In this document: positions 1 through 15,693 of the stretch, one piece after another | Numbering within the stretch: position 1 is the first letter of the stretch | How the letters are laid out: each line of letters starts with the position of its first letter | NCBI GenBank assembly: GCA_001179505.1 | Contig: CDMY01000545.1 | Location: forward strand, 1-54,034 | DNA length: 54,034 nt | From: Vitrella brassicaformis CCMP3155 | Taxonomy: Eukaryota; Protista; Chromerida | Direction: 5' to 3' | Made by a program: the position numbers and the translations under genes | Notes under the pieces: model-generated | Told to the model about the DNA's origin: nothing | Databases searched by the model: none | The model's input: the letters and a program-made list of their open reading frames with translations, nothing else

Positions 1-483
1 AGGAAAGCATTCTGAGGAGACACGATCTTATCAGCCATCACCGAAGTGAGATCTGTGTTGACCACCCTTCATGATGCCATACATGGACAGAAACAACTTT
101 GACTAACTGGCCAGTCCATCGGTCTTATTAAAGTAAAAGCACTCTTCCTCTGGGACTTACCGCCCAGCAGATCCTCTATTCAGCTAACTACAGGAAAGGT
201 CCTCACCGGCCTTTTCGCACAGGGAGAGAGGGAGAGATTCCATCAATTCCACCTCCATCACTGAGTCCGACGGTGAACGAGGCGGGGGAGTACAGGGACG
301 TGAAATCTTCAACCGCAGATCTTCACCTCCCGCCTTAGATCTTCCACTTCGACTTGTCAGCGACTCTCCAACGGCTGCACCCAAGAGCATCAACCGACTC
401 GCTCCCTCTGTCATCTCCTGCCTGTTTGCCTGCACCCAAGAGGGGAGGAAGTTTGTCCACAGACGCCAAGAATCTGAGTAACG

Positions 484-1575
484 ATGCCGTCTGTGCTGGT
501 GGACGCCACGGCCTCTCCGCTATACAACGAGGAAGCGCCTCACACTGATGCTCCCGCCCCCGAGCGCGCTCCTCCCGTTCAGCCTTTTGACTTCTTTGGG
601 TTGAACTTTCTTCTGAGCAAGCCAAAGGCCAAGGTGAGGAACACGCCACACGAATGCCCGACAGGGTTCATCCTATCCCGTGCTTCTTGGTCTTGCTTCT
701 GCCTTCAGGTCGAGGGCGCTGACTTCTATGCGTTCATCTTGACCCACCAGCTGCTGTTTCTGGTCCCGGTGGCCTTCGCGTCCTACCTGTTCTACAGCCG
801 ATACATCTTCTCCCAGTATACTTTGGACATCGACCAGACCTGGCCCTTCGCGTCCTACCTGTTCTCCGTCCAATACATCTTCTCCCAGCTGTCCTACGAC
901 AACGGCAAGACCTTTCCAGTCTATGACTTCGGCGAGACCGTGCGACCCCTCATTATGGGCCTCTCTATCGGGACTTTGGTCCTCTTGGCCTTGTGCTGCT
1001 GGCCCTTCTTCAAAAGGATGTCAGTCCTGGCGCCTCGGAGTGGTGCGCAGTTCCCCCACAGGAAGGCGGGGTGGCAGCTGACGACCCACATCATCCAGCT
1101 GATCCTACTGAGCAGTCTCCTTCCTTTCCTTCCGTGGTTTGACGTATTTCTCTCTGAGATTCTCTATAAGATTGCCGAGAACTTTCATATAATTGACGAA
1201 TGGGTGTACGGGGTTGTCGCCGCGCTCTTCCCCATCGGTGTCGTGGGATTGCGGGTGTTGCTTTTCGGGCTGGTCACTCGGTTTCTGGGATTGTATGCCA
1301 TCTCGGGGGAGAATGCGACTGCACTTGCCATGGCCTGGGGCACCGTGTACTCCGACACTATGCGGTGTGTCGCTGTGCCCTTTCTGTCTGTGGTGGCCTT
1401 ATCTGCGACTTCCCTCTCGCTCCTCTGGCTCTTCGGTCTCGCCGGGGCCTTCTGCATGATCGTTGTGTTGATCCGTCTGGTTCTGTCGCTTTTCGTGGCT
1501 GCACCAGCAAAGACACAGGGTCCATCTCGTGGCTGCCGTCTGTCGGCAGCCTGTGGTGAGCAATCATATGTGTAG
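484..1575 (+). CDS. Hypothetical multi-pass membrane protein
   Basis: 363-codon ORF with many hydrophobic segments. A likely in-frame 75-nt intron lies at 634-708 (AAG|gtgagg...ttcag|GTC). A possible donor near 1555 makes the 3' end uncertain. No family recognised. Confidence 0.7.
   Translation: MPSVLVDATASPLYNEEAPHTDAPAPERAPPVQPFDFFGLNFLLSKPKAKVRNTPHECPTGFILSRASWSCFCLQVEGADFYAFILTHQLLFLVPVAFASYLFYSRYIFSQYTLDIDQTWPFASYLFSVQYIFSQLSYDNGKTFPVYDFGETVRPLIMGLSIGTLVLLALCCWPFFKRMSVLAPRSGAQFPHRKAGWQLTTHIIQLILLSSLLPFLPWFDVFLSEILYKIAENFHIIDEWVYGVVAALFPIGVVGLRVLLFGLVTRFLGLYAISGENATALAMAWGTVYSDTMRCVAVPFLSVVALSATSLSLLWLFGLAGAFCMIVVLIRLVLSLFVAAPAKTQGPSRGCRLSAACGEQSYV
773..888 (+). repeat. 44-bp intragenic direct repeat (773-816 and 845-888)
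   Basis: 40/44 nt identical with a 72-nt period; encodes FASYLFYSRYIFSQ and FASYLFSVQYIFSQ. Confidence 0.9.
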
Positions 1576-2790
1576 CGGATGCGAGGGATGGGTTGGCTGG
1601 CTGCTCGTGGGTCATGCATCTTTGGTGATGTATGTTTGTATGTGTGTATGTATGTGTGTATGTGGGTCTTTGGCCAATTGTAGATAGATTCATGTCGTGT
1701 GTTGGGACTGTGTGCATGTGTGTGTATATGGCTCAGATGGTCGGTCTGCCTTGCTGTGTCCATGTGTGTGTGCATGTGTATCTATAATGCTGTCTGCACT
1801 GCCTAATCGATCGACTGGCGCGGCGTGTTGTGTGCGTCGCCCTGCCTGCCCTTCGCCTCATTGTCTGTCTCTCTGTCTGTCTCTCTGCTGTATTCCCTCC
1901 GTACCGTTCATCTCAGTGAAGGGATCTGCCAGCGCACCGCTGGTCGTTGTTTGTTCAAGTTGTGTCTGTTCATTCATTAGTGAGTACGGTGGCTGGACTG
2001 CAATGCATGAGTGACAGTTGCTGCCTGCGAGTGTGTCGTCATCCTGCGTCAATGTTGCGCGTAACGCTCTGGTCAACTTGCGGACTCTGTTGTCGCGGCC
2101 CTCTGTTCTCTCTCAACCATTCATATGACGTCTCTACGCGGCATGATTGCGTTGGCCTTGAATTGAGATGTGATAATAATAATGAGGGGCCGGGTGGTTT
2201 TGCACCACCCCTGCTCTCGCTGTTCAACTATTGCTGCTGGTGATACTGGGGGGGCTGTCCTTGGTGGTTCACCGGTCGGTGACTTAGTTACTGCGTGCGG
2301 GTGTCTGTGTGTGTCTGATGGTGTGCGTGTGTGGATGGAGGGACACACGAACAGGTCGCTTTCATGTTCGGAATCAATCAATCTCGCTCACACGCTGTTG
2401 ACGGGCAAAAAGGGCAGCACATCGTCACCCCATGCTGTTTCCCTCACTGCCACACGTTGGGACACTCACAAAACGACAACATGACAACATGATTCCGCCA
2501 CTACCATTCATCCATTCACTCAGTCATTCACCCGCCTTGATTGACGCACAACCACACCCACACGCCGATCGCTCCGTCAATCTGTCTCTGTGGGCAAGTG
2601 CCCCTGTCTGTCTACCTCTCTGTGGACGAAAGCAGAGGTCCATCACCACACCACTAAACCGGCCACCTGGACTCTCTGGGCTCGCGCAGGCACGCAGAGA
2701 GCGTCGGCCCACCCCACGCACAATACAAACACCGCAGCACACTACGCAAACAACCACTCTCGCTCCCTTTCTCTGCCTCTCTCCCTCCGA

Positions 2791-2829
2791 GTGTCATTTC
2801 TCGCTGCACCGACCGTGTCATTTCTCGCT
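2791..2829. repeat. 15-nt perfect direct repeat GTGTCATTTCTCGCT x2
   Basis: Copies at 2791-2805 and 2815-2829 in intergenic DNA. Confidence 0.85.
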
Positions 2830-3029
2830 TTTTAGACAAGGGCTGCCCGATGCGCGCAGAGCCAGGGAGAAGATACTCTCCTTTGCCAGCCCTACACACC
2901 GACTTCGCGACACCACATAAATCACATCACGCGGCACTACCATCCACTCAGAGCGCACCATCGCACCCGACAAAAGGCACCACACCCACGACACTTTCAG
3001 ATACGCCGCCACTCCGCCACTCCTCCTCA

Positions 3030-3355
3030 TACACAGACACACACAAACACTCACACACGCACACGCGCACATACAGACACATACAGACGCATACATACAG
3101 ACGCATACAGACACACACGCACACACGCACACAAACACACACACACACACACAGACATACAGACACAGACAGACACAGACAGACACAGACAGACACAGAC
3201 AGACACAGACAGACACAGACAGACACAGACAGACACACGCGCACACACGCACACCTCCTCCTCCTCACACACATACAGACACACACATACAGACACACAC
3301 ATACAGACAGACACATAAAGACAGACACATACAGGCACATACAGACACACGCGCA
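3030..3355. repeat. Compound AC/ACAG microsatellite
   Basis: Includes 7 perfect AGACACAGAC units at 3161-3230. It produces spurious T/H/R- and V/C-rich ORFs in several frames. Confidence 0.95.
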
Positions 3356-3440
3356 CCCACAAAACTGGAACTGTCTTAATTAGCCACATAAAACGCCGCT
3401 CACTGCCCCACCGACCTGACTGAAATGTGGCTCTGTCAAG

Positions 3441-4429
3441 TCAGTTTTTGGCATAGCAGACGGAGAGCGAGGCGGTGGTTGGCGCCATGACCACCTGCAG
3501 CTCGCACAGGTCGCGGACCTCTACGCCCGTGCAGAAGGGCTGGTTCGTCTGCGTGCTGATGGCGCCCTCCTCATCGTTCATCCGCAGACAATACCTACAC
3601 ACACACACGCACACAGAGAGAGGTGAGGCAGCTGTGTGAATGTGGGTGTGTGACGGGCTGGCTCACTCGAAGCAGTATTCGGCCGTGATGTTGGTCCCCG
3701 GCGACTCGTGGAGGGTGTAGTGGGGCCCGATGATCATGATGCCCTCCTCACTCTCGACTCGGCAAGAACCGGTGCCAACACTCTCAAACGCTGACAACCG
3801 GACACGGACACGCAGAAAACCGTTCACCTCTGTATCAGCTGTCTCGGTGCCTCTGTGTGTGTCGTCTGCTCACATCCATCGACGAATCTGAAGCACTCGT
3901 TGGCCTCTCCGCCCATTGCGCCGTCGGGTTTCTCGTTGAGGATGACGAGGCACGAGTCGGTGGTGGCGTCGTGCTGGATGCCCTCGCACACGCCCAGGTC
4001 AGTAGTAAGGTTGCTGCACAGACGGGCCTGCATAGAGCATCACACACAGACACACACACGAATGAACGAATGAACGAGTGAACGCGACAGAGAATGAGTG
4101 AATTGGCTTACGCATTCAGCCACAGGGACGCCAGCCACGGCGACTGCACATCCGTGGAGACATCCAGATGGCATCTGCATCACACGCAATGCGACAGTGA
4201 GTCACTGTTCACAATGCTCGCGTACAGATCCGAGTGACGTGCCCACCCCGTCCTGCACAGGGGGGCTGTAGAAGTCGAGTGGCTTGCCGCCAGACGCACA
4301 CACGCCAGAGCCCACACGGGTGAAGCCCTCGACGGCGTTGGGCGCGGCCACCTGTGCCCGGCACCGGGGCGCGACGGCAATGATGCAGATCTCGATGCAG
4401 ATCAGGTGCAGCACCACTCGCGCGACCAT
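3441..4429 (-). CDS. Secreted Cys-rich protein with two PAN/apple-like modules (~5 exons)
   Basis: Signal peptide MVARVVLHLICIEICIIAVAPRCRA. Module 1: GFTRVGSGVC...VAEC|ARLC...CEGIQHDATTDSCLVI. Module 2: FESVGTGSC...AEYCFE/RYCLRM...FCTGVEVRDLCEL. Ends YAKN-TGA at 3441-3443. GT-AG junctions; the exon 1/2 junction is uncertain. Confidence 0.7.
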
Positions 4430-4881
4430 CCTGACGGCTCCGGGGGGGACGTGGCGGCCAAGGGGGGGAGGTTGGTTGGTTGGTTATTGTGTTTAACGAG
4501 ACTCGTGTCTGTAACCCCGAGGGGATCCTGTCCAGGTCACGCACTAAACTAGCAGCATGCACATGCATAGAAGCATGCACACGGCCTGTCTCCGGCGTGG
4601 ACTTACACGAAAGGGACGATCCGCACGAGCTGAAAGCTCGCGTGAAAGGAAGATGGAGCCTAGTACCCTAGCCCAGTTGATTAAACGCACCCCAGTTTGG
4701 TCTACGAAACTCGCGTTTCTTCAACAGGGAGATCTATCAAGCCGACAGTGAGATCTCTCCTTTCTTCCATCTGGTGTCAGCTCCCTCGTCCCCCTCTCAC
4801 GTAATCGGTGGCAAGCGGCCTCTGACTGACCTCAACAGACAAGGCTCTCCGTCCTCTTCGCTCATCTTTTCCCCTCACACG

Positions 4882-5793
4882 ATGGCGACTGTTCTCATGA
4901 TGATGATTCTGTGTGTGGCGTCGACCAGTGTCGCCACGGAGGCAAGACCCGCACAACAGGTGAGTATACACCCCCCCCCCCATGACCCAGTCATTAGATT
5001 CTCTGGCGTGCACGGCTGATTCGTGTGTTCAGGTCCAGTTGCGTGGCCTGCAGGTGTCCCCTCCTCGCAACACGTCGCTGTCTGCGTCAGAGTATGAGGC
5101 GCTGGTCGGCCTGATGGGGGGCGATGACACTACACAAGTCACCTCACTCTACCGGTAGACACACACATTATGCCATCAGACAGCCAATGGGCAGATTCCG
5201 TCTATGTGTGCGTGTGTGTATTGAAGGACGTCTGTCCACGGCACCAACTATAGCGACCTGCTGGACAACGTGGGCGAAACAAAGCCTCTCGTCTTTGTGG
5301 TCAGGAAGGACAAGTATGTCTTCGGCGTCTACGTCAGTGACGGCATCCAGCTGCCCGACGACTTGACTACCTGGCACAACTACGGCAGTGATGTGTCGTG
5401 GTTCTCAGTGGCCTCGACAAACCGACCGAGATCGAGATCGACGAAGAGGATCAGTATGTGAAAGTGGCGGGGAGGAAGGGGGCGTGGAGAGGAGGGATCG
5501 GTGGGGGAAATGCGAGGGTAGGGATCGGTGGGTTTGTGTATCTGGGTTGGGGTGGCTCTGTCCAGCCTGCTGCCGACATCCGTGTTTGCCAGCAGTCCAC
5601 TCGCAGCAAATATCTGCCTGAGGGCTACACGGGAAAGAGGGATGGTTATGGCAATGCTGTGTTGGGCGGGTCGCTGACGTTCATAGCTGACGAGATAGAA
5701 GTGCTGCAGACGCCTTTCATTTCGTCAGCGGCGCAGATGGGTGTCTGTCTGTCAGTCTGTCTGTGGCTGTCGCTATTCCTCTTTTCGATGTAA
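4882..5793 (+). pseudogene. Secreted TLDc-domain gene with a 7-nt frameshifting deletion (pseudogene or assembly error)
   Basis: Signal exon MATVLMMMILCVASTSVATEA, then SLSASEYEALVGL...SLY|RTSVHGTNYSDLLDNV...LVFVVRKDKYVFGVYV...WFS. The frame changes at 5413/5414 and continues ...LGGSLTFIADEIEVLQ. Clearly paralogous to 51526-53553. The 3' end is uncertain. Confidence 0.75.
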
Positions 5794-5822
5794 ACCAGCC
5801 GTGAGTTGTTCGTGTCGTTCAT

Positions 5823-5865
5823 CTGGGCGGGTCACTCGTCTTCATGGCGGATGAGATAAAGGTGT
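5823..5865 (+). pseudogene. Orphan duplicate of the TLDc C-terminal strand
   Basis: Encodes LGGSLVFMADEIKV, matching LGGSLTFIADEIEV about 140 nt upstream. Confidence 0.65.
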
Positions 5866-7125
5866 CCCCAGACGCACGTGGTGGAGTAGTGGGGGAGAGA
5901 GGGAGATGTGGCTCTCCCTCTATGGTGCTGTGCTGACATAGCCATCCACTTATCTGTACCGTCCTCTCTGCGCCCCTGCCTGCCTGTCTGTCTGCCTGTC
6001 TGTCTGTCTGTCTGTTTGCCTGTCCTCTGAGTGCAGCTGATCTGTCAGCACACTGCTGGTGCCCCGTGTGTCTGTTTGAATATGTGTGTGCCCATGTGTG
6101 TGTGGGGGGGGGATGCATGTGAGTGTCTGTGTCTGTGTCTGTGTGTCCGTTGACTGGACCAAAGTGAAAGTGTGTGCGTGTGTGTGTTATGTGCGGTGTT
6201 GTTTGTTTGTTGAAGTTAGTGTGTGTGCGGTGGCTGGACTGACTGTAATGACTAAGTGGCTGTGGCTGACTGTGTGTGTGTCGTCATCCTGCCCTGATGT
6301 GCTTCTGCGAAGGCGAGTGTGAGTGTGAGTGAGTGAGTGTGTGTGTGTGCTGATTGAGTGACAGCCGGCATGATTACGTGGACCCGGATGCCCCATGAGT
6401 GATTTAATGATATGCGCCAATGATACAGTCGGCCGATTGGTTGAGTGCATTCTGTCGCTTCGCCCGTGCAGCCAACGAGGCCGCTAGCAGCTCATCCACA
6501 CACGGGATGCAGGACGGATGTCATTCATGTGCTCGCAGACTAATACGAGTTGGGACTGCGCATCGTGGACACTTACTCGTTGCTGGGTCGACTTGGAAGA
6601 CAGTGTGCGTGTATGTCGATTTGTCTATTCTGCGTATGCATACGTATGTGGACTTGTTACCCAGTCGAAACGGATGCGACGTAAGCCATCTGATATCACT
6701 TGTCAGCAACATGGGCCGTCAGGTTGGTTGTCTCAATATTACTTACATTTGTACCAATCAGTCCCCTTCCCCCTTCCTGTCCGCTGGGCCGTCTCTCTGT
6801 TTCTAAGTCAGGACGCGACGCGCGGACAATAGATACACCAGCAAAATCGCAAAACGGCGGTCAGGAGAAGCAAGTCACACCAAGCAGTCAAGACGGTAAA
6901 CACACACTCCTTCTCTCACTCGTCTGTTGATAGCGCTATCAATCGCGTGAGGAATCGGTGACGGAAGCCATAGACAGTGGATGGATGATAAACAGATTGC
7001 ACTACAATACATAGCTATATGGTACACGCCAGCAAAAAGGCATACCGAAAGAAGCCCCCTCCATGTACGCGTCTCGCATCAGGTGTCGCTTCTGCCGCAT
7101 TGATGGACAAGTGATGGCTCGACAC

Positions 7126-8666
7126 TCACTCTCCCACCGTGCCATCTGTGCCTCCCGAATTCTCCACCTGTTTAACACGACAGCAACCGTGACGTCCAGC
7201 TCCGAGCAGGCCTCCCGGCATGGCCCCTCACCTCATCGGTTTGCCCGTCAGCTTCCTGCGCATCCTCCCCGCCCTCGAACAGTCTCCTGGCCAGCGGCCC
7301 CAGCACTCGCCTCGCCAGCGCCGCCGTGCGGGGATACGTCAGGGCCCATGATGTGTCACCATCGTCACTGCCAGGCCGTACGGTGCACGGCGGCTCGGTG
7401 GTCAGAATGGAGACGTTGCCTTCGTTGCTGAGAGGGCTGATGCGGCGGGACAGGACGATCCATGCCAGGAAGGGCCGCTCGCTGGCGTCGCCGCTGGCTT
7501 CAGGGGACAGCAGAATGTGCCTGAAACAAAGGGCAAGACACAGAGACTGGGCGTGTGGGCGCTCCCTGGTCCTGCGCTTCTCTCCCGCACCTGAATGCAG
7601 TCTTCTCACCAGCAATGTCCGTCTGGAAGCCCACAGACCCATCTGCCGCACTACCGCCCTGCCCCTCGCCACCGAATAGCTTCATGAAGTGGCCCCCACA
7701 TGCATCCACAGGCACACTCATGCCGTGCTTGGCCGTGCCCCTCAGCCCCTCCTTCCAGCACACCAAATTGACGCTCATGAACGCGCTGAAATGGGGATGC
7801 ACCTCGCGGGCGATGCCGTTGTCGAGGAATTGCAGCTGGGGCGGCTCCTGGCCATCAACCACAAGGCCGCGGCATTCGACTATGGGGTCGGTCCCATCGC
7901 AGTGAGATGCGTAGGGGTGGCCGGGGACGAGAGGGGGCGCAGGAAAGGCCAGCTGGTTGGATGCCTGTCGGCTGAGAAGGAAGTACTGGCCTTGGTTGCT
8001 GTCGTGGACCAGGGAGAGGGGCCGCTTGCAGCCGTCGCATCCCTGGTTGAGGACGATGCGGTCACCGAAGAGCATGTACTGACGAATGCTCTCCGGGTGG
8101 CTCATGAAGGCCCTCCCGCTGCCCATGCTGGTAGTGGCTCGTCTTGAATTGGCAGTGGTAGGCCGCCTTTCACTATCCCTTTCACGCAGCCGGCGATGAA
8201 TGCCAGCGTGAGGAATCTTTCCCATCGGTCGAAGCTGCCGCTTTTCTCGAAGACAAACAGGCCCCTGCACATACAAACAAGAGGAAGACAGACAGGCAGC
8301 GTAGTGTGGTGGGTGTGGTGGCGTGTGTTCCGGCTGCTGTACTAGTACCTGAGGTAGTACATAACAACACCGTCGGCCTCATTCCCCTCGACCTGTATGG
8401 CATTGCTGTGGCGATTCTCGAGGCGTATCAGAGTTGTTGTCTTTGCCTTTTGTCCAGCCACGTGTTGATAGCGCTCCCACAAACACCTGTACAGACAAAA
8501 ACGGAAGCAGTCAGTTCGTTCTGCGTCTCATTGGACTGTGTGTCGCCTCTCACGTTCTTCCTGTGTTAGTCCTGTGGTCCCTGGTGAGTCTTCGAAAGGG
8601 CAGCAGCACGTCGAATGGAAGAAACAAGGCCACCGAGTGAATTGCAGGGGGAGGCAGCTCCTGCAT
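7126..8666 (-). CDS. Hypothetical protein with an F-box-like N-terminus (~5 exons; possible frameshift)
   Basis: ATG at 8666 gives MQELPPPAIHSVALFLPFDVLLPFRRLTRDHR. Phase-consistent exons: GRT|CLWERYQHVA...YYLR|GLFVFEK; TAFR|HILLS; GQTDE|VENSG...GE-TGA (7126-7128). An apparent frame switch lies near 8125-8165. Confidence 0.6.
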
Positions 8667-8733
8667 TGGCTACACGGCGATGAGGCGTCACATAACTGAA
8701 GAGAGCAGCGCTGACAGGAAAGGTGGAAAGGGG

Positions 8734-8768
8734 CGCGAGCTCAGCTCACGAAGCAGTCTAAGCTCGCG
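8734..8768. promoter_or_regulatory. Candidate bidirectional promoter element (CGCGAGCTCAGCT...AGCTCGCG)
   Basis: Sits in the 173-bp gap between divergent ATGs at 8666 and 8840. The same AGCT-N-AGCT dyad recurs at 17980, 34613 and 43515. Confidence 0.5.
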
Positions 8769-8839
8769 AAAAAAGGTCAGAGAGCAGAGTGTGAGAAGCA
8801 AGCTGGTATTCTTCGCGCCGATAGATCCGGATATATCGT

Positions 8840-12621
<3,782 letters not shown>

Positions 12622-14306
12622 GGGACTGAGGGAGGAACAGACTGATTGGGTGGGTAGTGGGTGGGTGGGTTGCGATATGGGGTGAGGGGCTTTTGAGGGA
12701 GGGAAGGAGGGTGGAATTAGCCAGGAGAGGAGGGGCTGGGGTGGGGGTGGGGTGGGGGGATTGTTGTAGATGGATGGGTAGAGAGGGCCGGGGACGGTCC
12801 GCAGGTGTGCTGTGCTGTGCTGTGCTGTGGAGTGGGGTGCTGGTGTGTCGTGGATTGGATTGTTGTGTCATGCGTGCCTGTGCATACCTGAGCGGTTGGG
12901 TCAGACAGCAACCCGGAGTTTGCCTTCCCTCCCTCCCTTCCTCCCTCCCTTCCTTTCTGTCTGTCTGTTTTGCTTTTGATCAACACAATCCCCTCGTCCA
13001 GAGAGGCGGTGGGTGTGTCGTCTGCTTGGGCGGGCAGACGGACTGTTGGGAGAGTGTGAGCGGCAAAGCGACTGATTTGTTCATGAGACACAGCATACAA
13101 CACACCGGCTCGCTGAGACGCACGTGGCGCATGAGGGGGATTGCCTCGTCGGTCAAGTCCCTGTTTTTGCTTTTTCAACACCATGTCTGTCTGCCTGCCT
13201 GCCTGCCTGCCTGAATTCGCTGCGCCTGCGTGTGTCCATGATATGATGGGTGAGTGGGCGGGGTCATGTGGATGTTGGCCGACTGCATTCTACTGCCTGA
13301 TATACCTTGCTCCCATGCCACTATGCTATGGATGGACGCTCATGTACCTACTGGCTCTGTCTTGGTTGCACCGCTGTCTGTTTTGGGCAGTGAACACGGC
13401 GGCGTTCTCCATTCGACCGCTTGTAGCCATTCCTTTCCTCCGTGCCTTTCCCTCCCGATAGCCTGTTGCGATGATGCTTGGGGCCCCTCCAGACCTCATT
13501 GCGAGAGGTTGCGGACAGGCAGAGGCACAGAGGCAGGAGTGTGATGAAAGACAGACACGCTGCTGCCATGCTGTGTGCGCGAGTCAAGTCCGGGGAAGGA
13601 CCGGTGGGAGGGCAGGGGGGGAGGGGAGTTTGAACGGGAAGGGACAGATATAGTTCTTCCATCGGTGTGTGGGTGCATTCTGTGTGTATGTGTATGTGTG
13701 CTTGTGTCCATGCCCGTGTGGCTGAGGGGCTGCTGGCTGCCCGACTGAGTGGCTACCTGCCCGCCTGACGAGTGGATTGGGGTGACCGATAGATAGTCCA
13801 CTGGTGTGGTCTGCCTGCATGGGCTGTGTCATGGCTGGCTCTACATTCCTCCTCTCTTGGTGCTGCATCTCCTTTGCGGACGCATAATCGATATTGTGTG
13901 AGTGAACCCGTCGACTGAGTGATGATTCCCATTCGACCTTACACACCACGCACATGAGTCACGTGTTCATTCGCCAGCAGCCATACACTGTCCACAGTTA
14001 GCTACTGTGTCACGAGGCTGACACTCAACCATCTGAATGCAGGCAGCAAACATACCCGACAGCTGCACAGATGGATTGGCGAGGAAAGACACACGACCAC
14101 GAGCAGCTCAAAACCGGAGGGCAAGCGATTTTTTAAAAAGGCCCCCACCACTGTCTCAAAATTTGGTTTGGCTGCTGCACTTGTTTCCAGCTCTTTCACA
14201 GTCCGCCTCTCTCTCGATCTGTCAGACACCCCCCCGTTGACAAGGTCTTTGCAGCGCGGCTGTCCCCCGGCTGCACCTTGTTCGTGTCAGCACCACACGA
14301 CGCACC

Positions 14307-15693
14307 ATGCCAGCCCCCGATGAGCTCGGCGGCGGCATTCCCGTCAGCGTTGAGTGCCTGATGGGCCTCGTGACCATCATGATCACCACTTGCCCACACG
14401 CGGAGGTACGGATGCACTGAGACGTGAATGCATCTGTTCGGAATCCGCCGATGCTTCGTTGCATGCATCATCATGTCTGCAGACGGGCAATGAGTGGCTG
14501 TGGGGCAACATGTGGAAGCACGTCAAGTACAACTTCAAAATGCGGTAACCAGAAGCCAGATTCGGCGCATCTTGTCGCGCTATGTACTCCTTTCTCTCTG
14601 TGTGTTGGTGGTTCGCATGGCTGCAGGAGGAGCATCACTCCGCGGTTCATCGCTGATTGCATCAGCAACACCATCGTGGCATATCTGGGGCTGGGGATCG
14701 TGCTGGATGCCTTCTCTGGCGTAGGGGGACAGACGGCCTCCCTCCTGGCCGCAGGGCTGACGGTCTACGCCTGCGATATCGACCGCACCAACGTCGAGCA
14801 CACAACACACAACGCAAGTGTCCATGGTATGGCAAGCACATGTGTGCTGCTGATATCATAGCATGTTCATTCAGCTGTGTTCATCGCTGCGCTGTCTTCA
14901 TTAATTGTCTGCAGGCAGGGGAGTGCTGGAGCGGCTGTTCATGAAGTGCGGGGACTACTTCAAGCAGGTCGCCAGCCTGGCCAGCAGATGGGCCCGCGAG
15001 GGAAAGAAGTTCGCCGCCATTCATTTTGATATGCCGTGGGGCGACGAGTACAAGAACAAGACATATGATATCAACAAGATGGGCGATGGCACGATGGTGA
15101 GTGAACGCAGAGACGCACCCATCCACCATGCCCTGTGTGAGTGTGTGTTTGTGTATGTGTGTTGCCACTTGTATGACTTGCAGTCGGCATTCAGAGTGCT
15201 GGACGTCGCGGCGTCGTTGACCGACTCGTTCGTCGTCAAGTGCCCCAAGACTGTCCCCATCGCCGATGTGGTAAGTTGGCGAGTCCATTCGAAGTCTCCG
15301 TGTGTCGAGTCCGTATGGTCTGCGTGTGTGTGTGTGTGTGTGTCTGTGTGGATGCAGCTCAAGCTGGCGTACTATGTCCAGTCCATCGAGAGTCGCGTCG
15401 GCACGGCGAATACGCCACTCGTCGAGGTCTTTATGAGCGGCAACAAAACCACCAAGGCCGTCATCTACATCGGAGACATCGCCAAGAAGTGAGATGGAGA
15501 CGCAGACAGAGACACAGCCACAAAGCATAATGCCCACATGTGTGTCCGCAGGCGTCTGGCCGATATCCCCCCGGCCGCCCGCGTCAGAGACCTGACTCGC
15601 CAGCAGCTGACGATCGAGGAGTGTGCGAGCGGCATGAGTGCCCAGGGCAAAGCCGTCGGCTGCGCCAAGGTGCTGTTCGAGCCCCACGCGTAA
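14307..15693 (+). CDS. TGS1: Trimethylguanosine synthase-like SAM-dependent cap methyltransferase (divergent)
   Basis: SITPRFIA; VLDAFSGVGG; ACDID; HNASVHG; GDY; DMPWG in place of SPPWG; KCPKT. The last exon joins AA|gtgaga...ccgcag|G RLADIPP and ends FEPHA-TAA at 15691-15693. The start codon is uncertain and may lie upstream. Confidence 0.8.

Noticed and set aside
1-483. Microsatellite-free stretch with an 83-aa minus ORF (possible transposon remnant)
   Set aside because: No recognisable RT, integrase or transposase motif or terminal repeat; the frames are interrupted by stops and the window edge truncates context.
2818-3389. Several 110-180 aa ORFs rich in T/H/R or V/C
   Set aside because: They are translations of the AC/ACAG microsatellite; the same applies to many C/V-rich ORFs in introns.
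6927-6942. 16-bp perfect palindrome TTGATAGCGCTATCAA
   Set aside because: Single instance, not near an identified start, and no second copy to support function.
13348-13662. Minus ORF with a signal-peptide-like segment (MAAACLSFITLLPLCLCLSA)
   Set aside because: The hydrophobicity derives from TCTG/CCTCTG-type repeats, and there is no convincing downstream exon or domain.
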